DNA of 64,000 nt from an uncultured Verrucomicrobiota bacterium. GTDB lineage: Bacteria; Verrucomicrobiota; Verrucomicrobiia; Limisphaerales; UBA9464. Positions 10,661 to 19,294 of this stretch are shown piece by piece. The notes below the pieces were generated by a model. The model saw only the letters and a program-made list of their open reading frames with translations, did no database searches and was not told the DNA's origin. The stretch's first letter is position 1. Each line of letters starts with the position of its first letter. The position numbers and the translations under genes are program-made. Location of the stretch: positions 2,568-66,567 of the forward strand of contig CAIMMI010000283.1 of NCBI GenBank assembly GCA_903842505.1, read 5' to 3'.

Positions 10661-11962
10661 ATGACTGAATTCCCGGTTTCGAAATGGAAGCGAGTCGCCC
10701 TGGCGGCTGGCGTGCTGGCGGTGATGGGTGTGCAGGCGGCGGATTGGCCGTCGTACCGAGGCCCGTTGGGCAACGGGCATTCGCCTGAGAAGATCAGTCG
10801 AGCGTGGCCTGAAGGGGGCCCGAAGGTCCTTTGGCGGGTGCCGAGCCGCGGTGGGTTCAGTTCCTTCGCCGTGGCAGGGGGGCGAGCGGTTTGCCTCGAG
10901 TTGCGGGAATTCAACGGGGTGGAGCAGGAGGCCGTGGTGGCGCGCGCTGCAGACACGGGCAAGGAACAGTGGGTCCAGCCGCTGGGAACCCTGAAGATCA
11001 ACGACGGTGGTCAGGATGGCGCTGCTGGAAACAAGGGAGGCGATGGGCCCCGTTCGACACCGGCGGTGGATGGTGGTCGGGTTTACACGCTTTCAGCGAA
11101 GCTCGTGCTGCAGGGTTGGGACGCGGCGACGGGCAAGGAGGTCTGGAAGCATGATTTGGTGAAGGAATTCGCCGGTCGGAACATTTCCTGGCAGAACGCG
11201 CAGTCGCCCGTGGTGGAGGGGGATCTGGTGATCGTGGCGGGTGGCGGGGCAGGGCAGTCCTTGCTCGCCTTCGACAAGAAGACGGGCGAGGTGAAGTGGA
11301 AGGGCTTTGACGAGACGATGACCCATTCGACGCCGGTCGTGGGCGAGATCCTCGGGCAGCGTCAGGCGGTGTTCTTCCTGAAGTCGGGATTGCTCGCCGT
11401 GGATTTGAAGACCGGGGCCGAACTCTGGCGCTACACGTTCCCGTTTGCGGTTTCCACCGCCATCAGTCCGGTGATCGCTGGAGACGTGGTCTATTGCTCG
11501 GCCGGGTACGGTGTCGGGGCCGGGGCGGCGCGAATCACGCGCGAGGGGAATGTCTGGAAGGCGACGGAGATCTACCGCAAGCCCGGCAACAAGCCGTTGG
11601 CCAACCACTGGTCCACCCCCGTGCTCTTCGATGGACATCTGTTCGGGATGTTCCAGTTCAAGGAATATGGATCCGGCCCCGTGAAGTGCGTCGATGTGAA
11701 GACGGGGGACGTAAAATGGGAGAAGGCGGGATTTGGGCCCGGTCATGTCATCGGGATCGACCGGCATGTGCTGGCGCTTTCGGACTCCGGGGAACTGGTG
11801 CTGATCGAGGCGGTGACCGGAGAGTACAAGGAGGTCGCGCGGGCTGACGTGCTGCCGGGCAAGTGCTGGACGACACCGGTGGTTGCGGGCGGGCACGTGT
11901 TTGCGCGGAGCGCCGAGGAAGCCGTGTGCCTCGACGTTGCGCCTCGCGGGGCCTCACGATAG
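10661..11962 (+). CDS. PQQ-like beta-propeller repeat protein (BamB-like fold), secreted
   Basis: Signal peptide MTEFPVSKWKRVALAAGVLAVMGVQA, then DWPSYRGPLGNGHS. The recurring pattern G.V....G.L.A.D..TG...W is typical of PQQ-like propellers. Confidence 0.8.
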   Translation: MTEFPVSKWKRVALAAGVLAVMGVQAADWPSYRGPLGNGHSPEKISRAWPEGGPKVLWRVPSRGGFSSFAVAGGRAVCLELREFNGVEQEAVVARAADTGKEQWVQPLGTLKINDGGQDGAAGNKGGDGPRSTPAVDGGRVYTLSAKLVLQGWDAATGKEVWKHDLVKEFAGRNISWQNAQSPVVEGDLVIVAGGGAGQSLLAFDKKTGEVKWKGFDETMTHSTPVVGEILGQRQAVFFLKSGLLAVDLKTGAELWRYTFPFAVSTAISPVIAGDVVYCSAGYGVGAGAARITREGNVWKATEIYRKPGNKPLANHWSTPVLFDGHLFGMFQFKEYGSGPVKCVDVKTGDVKWEKAGFGPGHVIGIDRHVLALSDSGELVLIEAVTGEYKEVARADVLPGKCWTTPVVAGGHVFARSAEEAVCLDVAPRGASR

Positions 11963-11971
11963 AGGCTGCGG

Positions 11972-12436
11972 ATGCTGCCGTTGCTGCTGAAATCGACGAT
12001 CTGGGCGGCGCTGTGGTTGGCGGTGCTGTCGGCGTGGGTGCGGTGGTCGCGGGGGTGCTGGATAGGGGGCGGCGTGTGCCTGGCGGCGCACGTCGCCCTT
12101 GCGTTTCAAGGGGTTCACGGGTGGAGCCACGAGGCCGCTGTGGAGGCGACCGCACGACAGGTGGAAGCGGTGACCGGGGTGAGATCGGGTGGCGGCATCT
12201 GGGTGAATCACCTGTTCCTGGCAGCGTGGGCCTGGGTGGCGTGGCGCTGGGACCGATTGGGTTTCCCCGGGCGCCGGATCTGGTGGGGCGTCCTCCTGTT
12301 CATGGGGGTGAACGGAGGCGTGGTGTTTGTCGAAGGGGCGGCGCGCTGGATCGGGATTGGGTGGGGGGTGGCTGCGGGAGTGTCGGCGTGGCGGAGCCTG
12401 GGGTGGGGTCATGGGCCGGCACGCGGAAGGGGATGA
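11972..12436 (+). CDS. hypothetical Trp-rich integral membrane protein
   Basis: 154-aa ORF with about 4 hydrophobic segments (IWAALWLAVLSAW, GGGVCLAAHVALAF, HLFLAAWAWVAW, WWGVLLFMGVNGGVVF). It starts 7 bp after the upstream stop codon. Confidence 0.5.
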   Translation: MLPLLLKSTIWAALWLAVLSAWVRWSRGCWIGGGVCLAAHVALAFQGVHGWSHEAAVEATARQVEAVTGVRSGGGIWVNHLFLAAWAWVAWRWDRLGFPGRRIWWGVLLFMGVNGGVVFVEGAARWIGIGWGVAAGVSAWRSLGWGHGPARGRG

Positions 12437-12677
12437 ACCGTTGGCTACCGGTTGCAACACCTCCGGCGTTGGGGCGGATCTCCCGCAGAGGCGCGGCGGC
12501 GCAGAGGTCTGGTCTGGTTCAAGGGATGAGGAGGGTGGGAGGCGGGTTGGTGCCGACCGGGGCGAGGCGCTCGTGCCCCAACGGGGCAGACGATGAAAGC
12601 CCGGGGTGGAACCCCGGGAACCGGGTCCGCGCAATGTTCGACGTGCCCTGAAAGGGCACACGGATCTGGCGGCGGGG

Positions 12678-12752
12678 GCGAGTAGGAGTACGAGTACGAG
12701 AGCGAGGGGGAAGTCGGAGCTTGAAACTTGGGGCTTCAAACTTGGAACTCCC
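12678..12752. repeat. mosaic intergenic repeat: GAGTAC hexamer array plus GCTTGAAACTTGG / GCTTCAAACTTGG units
   Basis: gcgagtaggagtacgagtacgagagcgag ... gcttgaaacttggggcttcaaacttggaactccc. This closely resembles the right arm of the 20832-21004 element (gagtacgagtacgagtacgaagcgaagccggcttgaaacctgg). Confidence 0.7.
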
Positions 12753-12768
12753 TCCCCATGAAACCGGG

Positions 12769-14001
12769 GTGGATGGACGAAGGAAGCCGGTCGGTGAATT
12801 GCGCGTGAAGGCAGGACCCAAGAGTGCGGGCGCGGTGTGGCAGGTGTTCCGGGCGTTCCTGTGGCTCGGGCTGACCTCGTTTGGCGGGCCGGTTGCGCAC
12901 ATCGGGTATTTCCGTAGGGAGTTCGTGGTGCGACGCGGGTGGCTTACGGAGGATCAGTACGCGGCTTGGGTCGGCCTGTGCCAGTTCCTGCCGGGACCGG
13001 CCAGCAGCCAGTTGGGATTTTGCATCGGCATGTTGCGTGCCGGGGTGGCGGGGGCGATCGGGGCGTTCGTCGGGTTTACGCTGCCTTCGGCGTTGATGAT
13101 GGCGGGACTGGGGATCCTGCTGGGAGGGCCGGGTGCCGGCGGGATCGACGGCGTGGTGCACGGACTCAAGTTGGTCGCAGTGGCGGTGGTGGGTCAGGGC
13201 GTGTGGGCGATGGGACGGCGGCTGTGTCCGGATCCGACGCGTTGGGTGCTGGCCGCGGGTGTGGCGGCGGGAAGCCTCTTGCTGAAGCCCGCGTGGGTGC
13301 AGCCGATGCTGGTGGTGGTGTCGGCGTTGGTGGGGTGGAAGCTTTGCCCGGGGACGGAGTCGGCCGGCGTGGAGGCGGGGGCGGTGCCGTATGGGCGTCG
13401 GGGTGGTGTGTGGTGTCTGGGGTTGTTCGGAGGGTTGGTGTTTGGGTTGCCGTGGGTCGCGTCGGGCGTGGGTGGGTCGTTGGAGCCGGCGTCGGGATTC
13501 GTGCGGGCGGGGGCGATGGTTTTCGGAGGTGGGCACGTGGTGCTGCCGCTGCTGGAGGAAGCGGTGGTGCAGCCGGGCTGGATCCGTCGGGACGAATTCC
13601 TGACAGGTTACGGTGCGGCGCAGGCGGTGCCGGGGCCGATGTTCACGCTCGCGGCGTTCCTGGGGGCGTTGATGCCGGGGACGAGCGGCGGGTGGTTTGG
13701 GGCGCTCGTGGGTGTGCTGTCGATCTTCGCACCGGGGTTGCTCCTGGTCGCTGGGGTGCTGCCGTTCTGGCATCGGCTCGGGCGCGACTCGTCGATGACG
13801 CGGATGATGTCGGGTGTGAACGCGGGCGTGGTGGGTCTGCTGGCGGCGGCGCTGGTGGATCCGGTGTGGATCGGGGCGGTGCAGCGATGGCCGGATGCGG
13901 TGGTCGCCCTCGCCGGGTTGGCGGCGTTGCTGTGGGGGCGGGTCCCGGTGATCGCGGTGGTGGGCGGCTGTGTGGCGGCCGGGTGGATCACGCGGGGTTG
14001 A
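12769..14001 (+). CDS. chrA: chromate transporter (ChrA/CHR family)
   Basis: FLWLGLTSFGGPVAHIGYFRREFV...CQFLPGPASSQLGF, with a second half carrying VFGGGHVVLPLL...AQAVPGPMFT. This is the duplicated CHR domain. The start is uncertain: GTG 12769 is chosen because 12678-12752 is occupied by a repeat element. Confidence 0.85.
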   Translation: MDGRRKPVGELRVKAGPKSAGAVWQVFRAFLWLGLTSFGGPVAHIGYFRREFVVRRGWLTEDQYAAWVGLCQFLPGPASSQLGFCIGMLRAGVAGAIGAFVGFTLPSALMMAGLGILLGGPGAGGIDGVVHGLKLVAVAVVGQGVWAMGRRLCPDPTRWVLAAGVAAGSLLLKPAWVQPMLVVVSALVGWKLCPGTESAGVEAGAVPYGRRGGVWCLGLFGGLVFGLPWVASGVGGSLEPASGFVRAGAMVFGGGHVVLPLLEEAVVQPGWIRRDEFLTGYGAAQAVPGPMFTLAAFLGALMPGTSGGWFGALVGVLSIFAPGLLLVAGVLPFWHRLGRDSSMTRMMSGVNAGVVGLLAAALVDPVWIGAVQRWPDAVVALAGLAALLWGRVPVIAVVGGCVAAGWITRG

Positions 14002-14106
14002 GGACGCGGAATTTGGGGACGGTTCACGCGGAGCCGCGGAGAACGCGGAGCGGACCAAGATGGCGAAGTCTCGATCGCTGCGGGTGCGGCGGGGAGAGGC
14101 GATGCC

Positions 14107-16326
14107 TTACTCAGCAAGCGCGCGGATGGTGCGGTTGCAGTTGACGATCCGTTCGGCCATGTAGCGGACGAGGAATTCGTAGAACTCCCCGGCGACCTCG
14201 GGGTCGGTCCGTTTCATCTCGGCGAGGGAGGAAGCCGAGAGTCGGTAGGCGACGCTCGGGAGTTCGACGACGACGGAAGCGGTGCGGGGTACGCCGAGGA
14301 AGAGTCCCAGTTCACCCAGAACGGTACCGCCTGACTGACGACGGAGCCGTTGGGTCTGACCGTTGCCGAGTTCGAGGCGCGTGGTGACCTCCCCGGACTC
14401 CAGAAAGTACAACGCATCTGCGGGATCGCCCTGACGGATGAGGTGCATGCCCGGTTCAAAGGTGACCCGATCCAGATAGGTCATGAGCTTGGCGACACAG
14501 GCCGGTTTGGACCAGATCGCCTCCAGTTGGGAACGGATGTCGAGCTTGTCATCGATCTCGTCCCGGTGCTCGGACAGGGTCTGTTCCTCGCACCACTCAT
14601 GCGCATGGTCGAGGTCCGGAAAGAAGCGGTAGGCTTCATCGGTTTCGGACTCAAAACCCGCCCGGTTCAGTTGGCGTCGGACTTCGGGCGGCACGTGGGA
14701 AAAGCACAGCGTGAACCCCTGCTTTTCGGCGAGTTGCCGGGCCCGGGCGAGACTGAGCGTGGCCGAGGAATCGATGCCGCTCACCTGACGGAAATCCAGG
14801 ACGAAGAAGCGCAGCTTGGGCAGTTGGGCGTCTGTCGCGAGCCTGCGGATCTGGTCGAGGATGCGGGCGGAGGTTCCGAAGAAGATGAACCCATGCAGGC
14901 GGAGAACCTGGGTTTCCGATCCGTGGTCCCGAAGCACGCGTTGGTGGACGAGGGGGCGTTCGACGTTGCTTTGGCGATCGGTTCCGGTGTGGGTGCGCGT
15001 TACGACTCCGACCTGGCTGTAGTTGTGGATGAAGAGGCAGATGGCCGCCACGATTCCGGAAGCGACCCCGGCCAGATATCCGGCACCGCCAATAACGCAC
15101 AGGATCAGGATCACCACGGCATAGTCTGCTTTCGGGAGTCGGAACCAGGCTGCGTAGCCCCAGTCGAACAGGAAGCCCAAGCCCAGATAAAACAGCAGTC
15201 CCCCGGGCACGAACTTCGGAAGGAAAGCCAGCGACGATGGCCCCGCGATCAGCGCGGCCAGACACAAGCCGGCCGCCACCGTGCCCGTCAACCGGGTCCG
15301 CGCACCCAGGTCAAAGGCGAGCCGCGAAAGGCTCAGGGAATTGAAGCCGGGCATGCCTCCCAACAGGCCGCTTGCCAGGTTGCCGATTCCGGCGGCGCGC
15401 AACTCCCGGTTGATGTCGATTTCCTCGTGGACCACCAGTTCCAGACCCGATGTGTTCAGGAGGATCGAGATCAGCGCGGTGAGGAGGACGGTCCCGGCGA
15501 TTCCCGCGACCTTCAGCAGGGGCGTTGCGCTGAGTTCGGTGATCATTCGCGGCGACCACAGTTCTCCGTGGATTCCGCCCTCGCCCGGCGGTACCGGCAA
15601 CCAACCGGCCAGTCGCGCGGACTCGATGCTGGTTCCCGTTGCCAGCAGCACGAGGTAGAACACGACCACGACTGCCACCAGCAGGGTTGGCATCAGTGCA
15701 GGTTTCCGAAGCCTCCGAAGCGTGATGAACAGGGCCGTTCCAAAGGCAATCCCCGGGGCTGACTTGGCAATCACGTCCCACTCCAGCAACCGCCCGACAG
15801 TGTCCACGCCGAGTTGGAAGTCCGCCATCACCCGGAATGAACCACGCGCCAGCATCCAGCCGGACCCCGCGAGGAACCCCCCGATCACGGGATACGGGAT
15901 GAATCTGAAGACGTTTCCCAGACGGAATCTGCCGACCAGATAAAGAACCAAGCCGGTCCCGATACTGGTGATCGCGATGGCGGCCATGACGACGCGAGCT
16001 TTCAGATCGGCTCCCGCAGACGCAGGCAGGGCCGCCGCGATCTCGGCTGCCATGACGGCGAGGATGGGCGCGATCCGGTCCTGTGGGATTGCCATCACCG
16101 CCGAGTAAGAGCTCCGCCAGGTGACGATCACCCCCGTAATCACAGCAGTGATCAGGGCAATGAGCACCCCTTGGGCACTCGCCAGCGCCAGTCCTCCCGA
16201 GAAGATCAAGGAGCTGAAGGAGAGGGAGAGCACCAACGTGAACGCCGCGACCACAACACCCGCCTGCAAGTCCCGTTGGATCTGCTCTGCCGGGGGAAAC
16301 ACGAATCCCTTTGACCTGGACGCCAT
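14107..16326 (-). CDS. SulP-family anion transporter with C-terminal STAS and cyclic-nucleotide-binding domains
   Basis: A multi-TM SulP core, a STAS-like segment (VLRLHGFIFFGTS...FVLDFRQVSGIDSSA), and a cNMP-binding-like segment (FEPGMHLIRQGDPADALYFLESGEV...GELGLF...RTASV). The start is at ATG 16326 (MASRSKG). Confidence 0.88.
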   Translation of the reverse strand: MASRSKGFVFPPAEQIQRDLQAGVVVAAFTLVLSLSFSSLIFSGGLALASAQGVLIALITAVITGVIVTWRSSYSAVMAIPQDRIAPILAVMAAEIAAALPASAGADLKARVVMAAIAITSIGTGLVLYLVGRFRLGNVFRFIPYPVIGGFLAGSGWMLARGSFRVMADFQLGVDTVGRLLEWDVIAKSAPGIAFGTALFITLRRLRKPALMPTLLVAVVVVFYLVLLATGTSIESARLAGWLPVPPGEGGIHGELWSPRMITELSATPLLKVAGIAGTVLLTALISILLNTSGLELVVHEEIDINRELRAAGIGNLASGLLGGMPGFNSLSLSRLAFDLGARTRLTGTVAAGLCLAALIAGPSSLAFLPKFVPGGLLFYLGLGFLFDWGYAAWFRLPKADYAVVILILCVIGGAGYLAGVASGIVAAICLFIHNYSQVGVVTRTHTGTDRQSNVERPLVHQRVLRDHGSETQVLRLHGFIFFGTSARILDQIRRLATDAQLPKLRFFVLDFRQVSGIDSSATLSLARARQLAEKQGFTLCFSHVPPEVRRQLNRAGFESETDEAYRFFPDLDHAHEWCEEQTLSEHRDEIDDKLDIRSQLEAIWSKPACVAKLMTYLDRVTFEPGMHLIRQGDPADALYFLESGEVTTRLELGNGQTQRLRRQSGGTVLGELGLFLGVPRTASVVVELPSVAYRLSASSLAEMKRTDPEVAGEFYEFLVRYMAERIVNCNRTIRALAE

Positions 16327-16441
16327 CAAGCGGGGATGGGGACTTACTGGCTTCTTTCTGTCGAACCTCCAAGCGCCTGTCACCGTACTGTAACCTGGGG
16401 GTCACCTGCCGCGCACCTTGCCGCCCCGTTCGGCGCCTGGC

Positions 16442-17071
16442 CTAACCTTCGGCGATCTCAACGAAGTTGCGGAGCAGGCGAAGCCCGTTGGCCTGACTCT
16501 TCTCGGGATGGAACTGGGTGGCGTAGACGTTGTCGCGCCAGACGGCGGAAGCGAACTTGCGACCGTACTCCGTCCGGGTCGCGATGACGGATTCGTCCGC
16601 GGGTTGGGGGAAGAAGCTGTGGACGAAGTAGAAGTAGGCGCCGTCCGGGATGCCGCGGAAAAGGGGGCAGTCGGGGCGAGCGAGCTCGATCTGGTTCCAG
16701 CCGATCTGGGGGATCTTCAGGTGGGGTTCGGCAGGAGTGGGCTGGAAGCGGACGACGGGTCCTTTGAAGACGCCGAGGCCGAGGGCGCAGGAGTTGAATT
16801 CCTCGCTCCGTTCGAAGAGGGCCTGGTAACCGACGCAGATGCCGAGGAACGGTCGGCCGTCGGCGATCCACTTCTGGATGCCGCCGAGGAGTTCCTGTCG
16901 GCGAAGGGCGTTGACGCAGTCGTCGAAGGCGCCGACGCCCGGTAGGACGATGCCGGAGGCCTTCTCGAGCCCATGGACGGAATCCATGCGCTGGACGTCG
17001 GCACCGACGGCCCGGAGGGCCTTCTCGACGCTGCGGATGTTTCCGGCGCCGTAATCGAGGAGCGCTAGCAC
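16442..17071 (-). CDS. hisH: imidazole glycerol phosphate synthase, glutamine amidotransferase subunit
   Basis: LALLDYGAGNIRSVEKAL, LPGVGAF, GICVGYQ and FHPEKS are class I GATase/HisH motifs. GTG start. Confidence 0.92.
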   Translation of the reverse strand: MLALLDYGAGNIRSVEKALRAVGADVQRMDSVHGLEKASGIVLPGVGAFDDCVNALRRQELLGGIQKWIADGRPFLGICVGYQALFERSEEFNSCALGLGVFKGPVVRFQPTPAEPHLKIPQIGWNQIELARPDCPLFRGIPDGAYFYFVHSFFPQPADESVIATRTEYGRKFASAVWRDNVYATQFHPEKSQANGLRLLRNFVEIAEG

Positions 17072-17117
17072 GGGGAAAGGTTGGGTTGGGCTGGGGCGGG
17101 AATGAAGTCCGGAGTTT

Positions 17118-18302
17118 TCAACCGGGCTGTTCGGAAGGTTGGGCAGCGGGCTGCCCGGAGATCTCGCGTTCGGTCCGGAGCCGGAGCTGGCCGCAGGCGG
17201 CGTCGATGTCGTGCCCCTTTTCGATGCGGAGGGTGGTGACGACGTCGGTGGCCTCGAGGGCGGAGGCGAAGGCGCGGCAGCGTTCCTCGGCGGGGCGGGA
17301 CCATTCGAGGCCCTCGACCTTGTTGTAGGGAATGAGGTTCACCTTGGCGTTGAGGCGCCGGGCGAGCTGGGAGAGCGGCTGGACCTGGTCGCGGGCGTCG
17401 TTGACTCCGTCGATCAGGATGTACTCCAGCGTGATCATGCGGCCCTTGCGTTGGACGTAGTCGTCGCAGGCCGCGGTGAGTTCCGCGAGGGGGTACTTCC
17501 GGTTGATCGGCATGATCCGGTTGCGGACCTCGTCGGTGGCCCCATGGAGGGAGATGGCGAGCTGGAACTGCTCGGGTTCAGCGCCCAGTTGGCGGATGCG
17601 CGGGACGACGCCGGAGGTGGAGATGGTGATCTTGCGGGCGCCGATATGGGCTCCCCACGGGGCGTTGAGGGAACGCAGGGCGGCGAGGAGGTTGTCGTAG
17701 TTGGCGAGGGGTTCGCCCATGCCCATGATGACGAGATTGTTGATCAGGCGCTCGGGTTGGCTGGCGGCCGCGCGTGTGGGAGTCGCGGTTTCAGTGGAGC
17801 CTTCGGCGGTGGGGGCAGGCGTTTCGGCGGCCGGTTGGGACTGGTTCCAACGTTCGATGGCGAGGACCTGTCCGGAGATTTCCCAGGGGGCCAGGTTGCG
17901 CTTCCATCCGTCGAGCCCCGAGGCGCAGAAGCGGCATCCATAGGCGCATCCGACCTGGGTGGACACGCAGAGCGTGTGGCGGTCAGCGCGATCGCCGTAA
18001 AGGGCAGGGTTGGCGGGGATGAGAACGCTTTCGACGTAGGCCCCGTCGTGGAGTTGCCAGAGGAACTTCTGGGTGGTGTCGCGCGATCCCTGCTTGCGGG
18101 CCAGGGTGAGGGAGCCGAGGGAGAACGTGCCGGCCAGCGATTCGCGCAGGGCCTTGGGCAGGTTCGTCATCTCGTCCCAGGAGGCGGCTCGGCGCGGCCA
18201 CAGCCAGTGGAGCAATTGGTCGACCCGGTAGTGGGGAACGTCCCATTCCTTGAATCGGGCGGTCAGCGTCTCGCGGGTCTCTTGTCGGACATCAGGCAAC
18301 AC
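17118..18302 (-). CDS. rlmN: 23S rRNA (adenine2503-C2)-methyltransferase
   Basis: Radical-SAM motif CVSTQVGCAYGCRFCASG, plus MGMGEPLANYD and the C-terminal GHDIDAACGQL. It contains a short Ala/Thr/Pro-rich insert. Confidence 0.92.
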   Translation of the reverse strand: MLPDVRQETRETLTARFKEWDVPHYRVDQLLHWLWPRRAASWDEMTNLPKALRESLAGTFSLGSLTLARKQGSRDTTQKFLWQLHDGAYVESVLIPANPALYGDRADRHTLCVSTQVGCAYGCRFCASGLDGWKRNLAPWEISGQVLAIERWNQSQPAAETPAPTAEGSTETATPTRAAASQPERLINNLVIMGMGEPLANYDNLLAALRSLNAPWGAHIGARKITISTSGVVPRIRQLGAEPEQFQLAISLHGATDEVRNRIMPINRKYPLAELTAACDDYVQRKGRMITLEYILIDGVNDARDQVQPLSQLARRLNAKVNLIPYNKVEGLEWSRPAEERCRAFASALEATDVVTTLRIEKGHDIDAACGQLRLRTEREISGQPAAQPSEQPG

Positions 18303-18355
18303 GGGGACAGCCTAGCGCCCGGGAGCGGGGGTTCCCAGCGGGGAGTTGGGCCAGA

Positions 18356-18410
18356 GAAGTTCCCAGTTTCCAGACTCCAGTACCCTGTAGGCTGGGGTGC
18401 CCTCACCCGG
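18356..18410 (+). repeat. diverged copy of the dispersed intergenic repeat (GAAGTTCCCAGTTTCCAGAC...GGGGTGCCCTCAC)
   Basis: gaagttcccagtttccagactccag...ggctggggtgccctcacccgg aligns with 21186-21250 (gaagttcccagtcgccagtttccagaccccag...ggtggggcgagtgtcctcacgagccgg). Confidence 0.6.
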
Positions 18411-18459
18411 CGTTGCTCGTCAACCGCCGCGTGGGGCACGCGGCCTCCAAAAACGGGCC

Positions 18460-18480
18460 TGGCAACTGGCAACTGGCAAC
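18460..18480. repeat. perfect heptamer tandem (TGGCAAC)x3, 7 nt downstream of the rex stop
   Basis: tggcaactggcaactggcaac read directly from the sequence. Confidence 0.9.
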
Positions 18481-18486
18481 TCTCCT

Positions 18487-19125
18487 TCAGTCCTGAATGA
18501 AGTAGGAGAGGTTTTCGAGTTCGATGGCGAGGTTCACGCTGTTGACCATGACGTTCTCGGGGACGTAGGGGACGATGGGAGCAAAGTTGAGGATGCCGAC
18601 GACGCCGTTCTCGACGAGGTCGTTGATGACCTCCTGGCCGCCGACGGCGGGGACGGCGACGATGGCCATGCGGACGTGGTTCTCGCGGACGAATTCGCCG
18701 AGTTGATCCATGCCGAAAAGGGGAACCTTCGGGGCCTTTTCGCGGGCGCGGACGGGATCGAGGTCGAAGGCGGCCACAATTTCGAAGCCCTCCTGCTCGA
18801 ATCCGCGGTACTGGAGAAGCGCGGCGCCGAGGTTGCCGACGCCGACCAGGACGACGGGTTGGAGGCGGCTGGTGCCCAGGAGGTCACCGATCATCCGGGC
18901 GAGTTGGTCGACGTCGTAGCCGAGGCCGCGGGTGCCGAACTGACCGAAGTAGGTGAGATCCTTGCGGAGTTGGGTGGGCTTGACGCCAGCGGCGCGGGCA
19001 AGTGCCTCGCTGCTTACGGTCTGAAGCTGGTTCTGCTTCAGACGTTGGAGACAGCGCAGGTAGATGCTCAGCCGGTAGATCGTCTTCCTCGGGATTTCCG
19101 GGCGGGTCGACTTCTTCAAGCACAC
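18487..19125 (-). CDS. rex: redox-sensing transcriptional repressor Rex
   Basis: IPRKTIYRLSIYLRCL and a winged-helix region (LRKDLTYFGQFGTRGLGY), plus the Rossmann motif VVLVGVGNLGAAL. The 319-aa ORF is trimmed to GTG 19125 or TTG 19119. Confidence 0.85.
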   Translation of the reverse strand: MCLKKSTRPEIPRKTIYRLSIYLRCLQRLKQNQLQTVSSEALARAAGVKPTQLRKDLTYFGQFGTRGLGYDVDQLARMIGDLLGTSRLQPVVLVGVGNLGAALLQYRGFEQEGFEIVAAFDLDPVRAREKAPKVPLFGMDQLGEFVRENHVRMAIVAVPAVGGQEVINDLVENGVVGILNFAPIVPYVPENVMVNSVNLAIELENLSYFIQD

Positions 19126-19177
19126 GCAAGCTAGGGAACGTGGGGCGGGTGGGCAAAGCAGGAAGTGGGGAGCAGGA

Positions 19178-19208
19178 GTCGCCAGTTGCCAGAAGCCAGT
19201 TTCCAGAG
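19178..19208. repeat. GCCAGTT-type heptamer array, in inverted orientation relative to 18460-18480, upstream of rex
   Basis: gtcgccagttgccagaagccagtttccagag. It contains gccagttgccag, the exact reverse complement of ctggcaactggc at 18459-18470. Confidence 0.8.
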
Positions 19209-19294
19209 AGGGGGAACCGGCGCGGACCGGGGGGCTGTGCGAAGGCTTCCGGTGCGTTGACGGTTCCCGGTCGGGGTCCGTAGGTTTGGGGCAG

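Noticed and set aside
19126-19294. Search for a Rex operator (TTGTGAA-N-TTCACAA-like palindrome) between rex and the fumarate hydratase genes
   Set aside because: No such palindrome is visible in either flank of rex. Only the heptamer repeat arrays are present.
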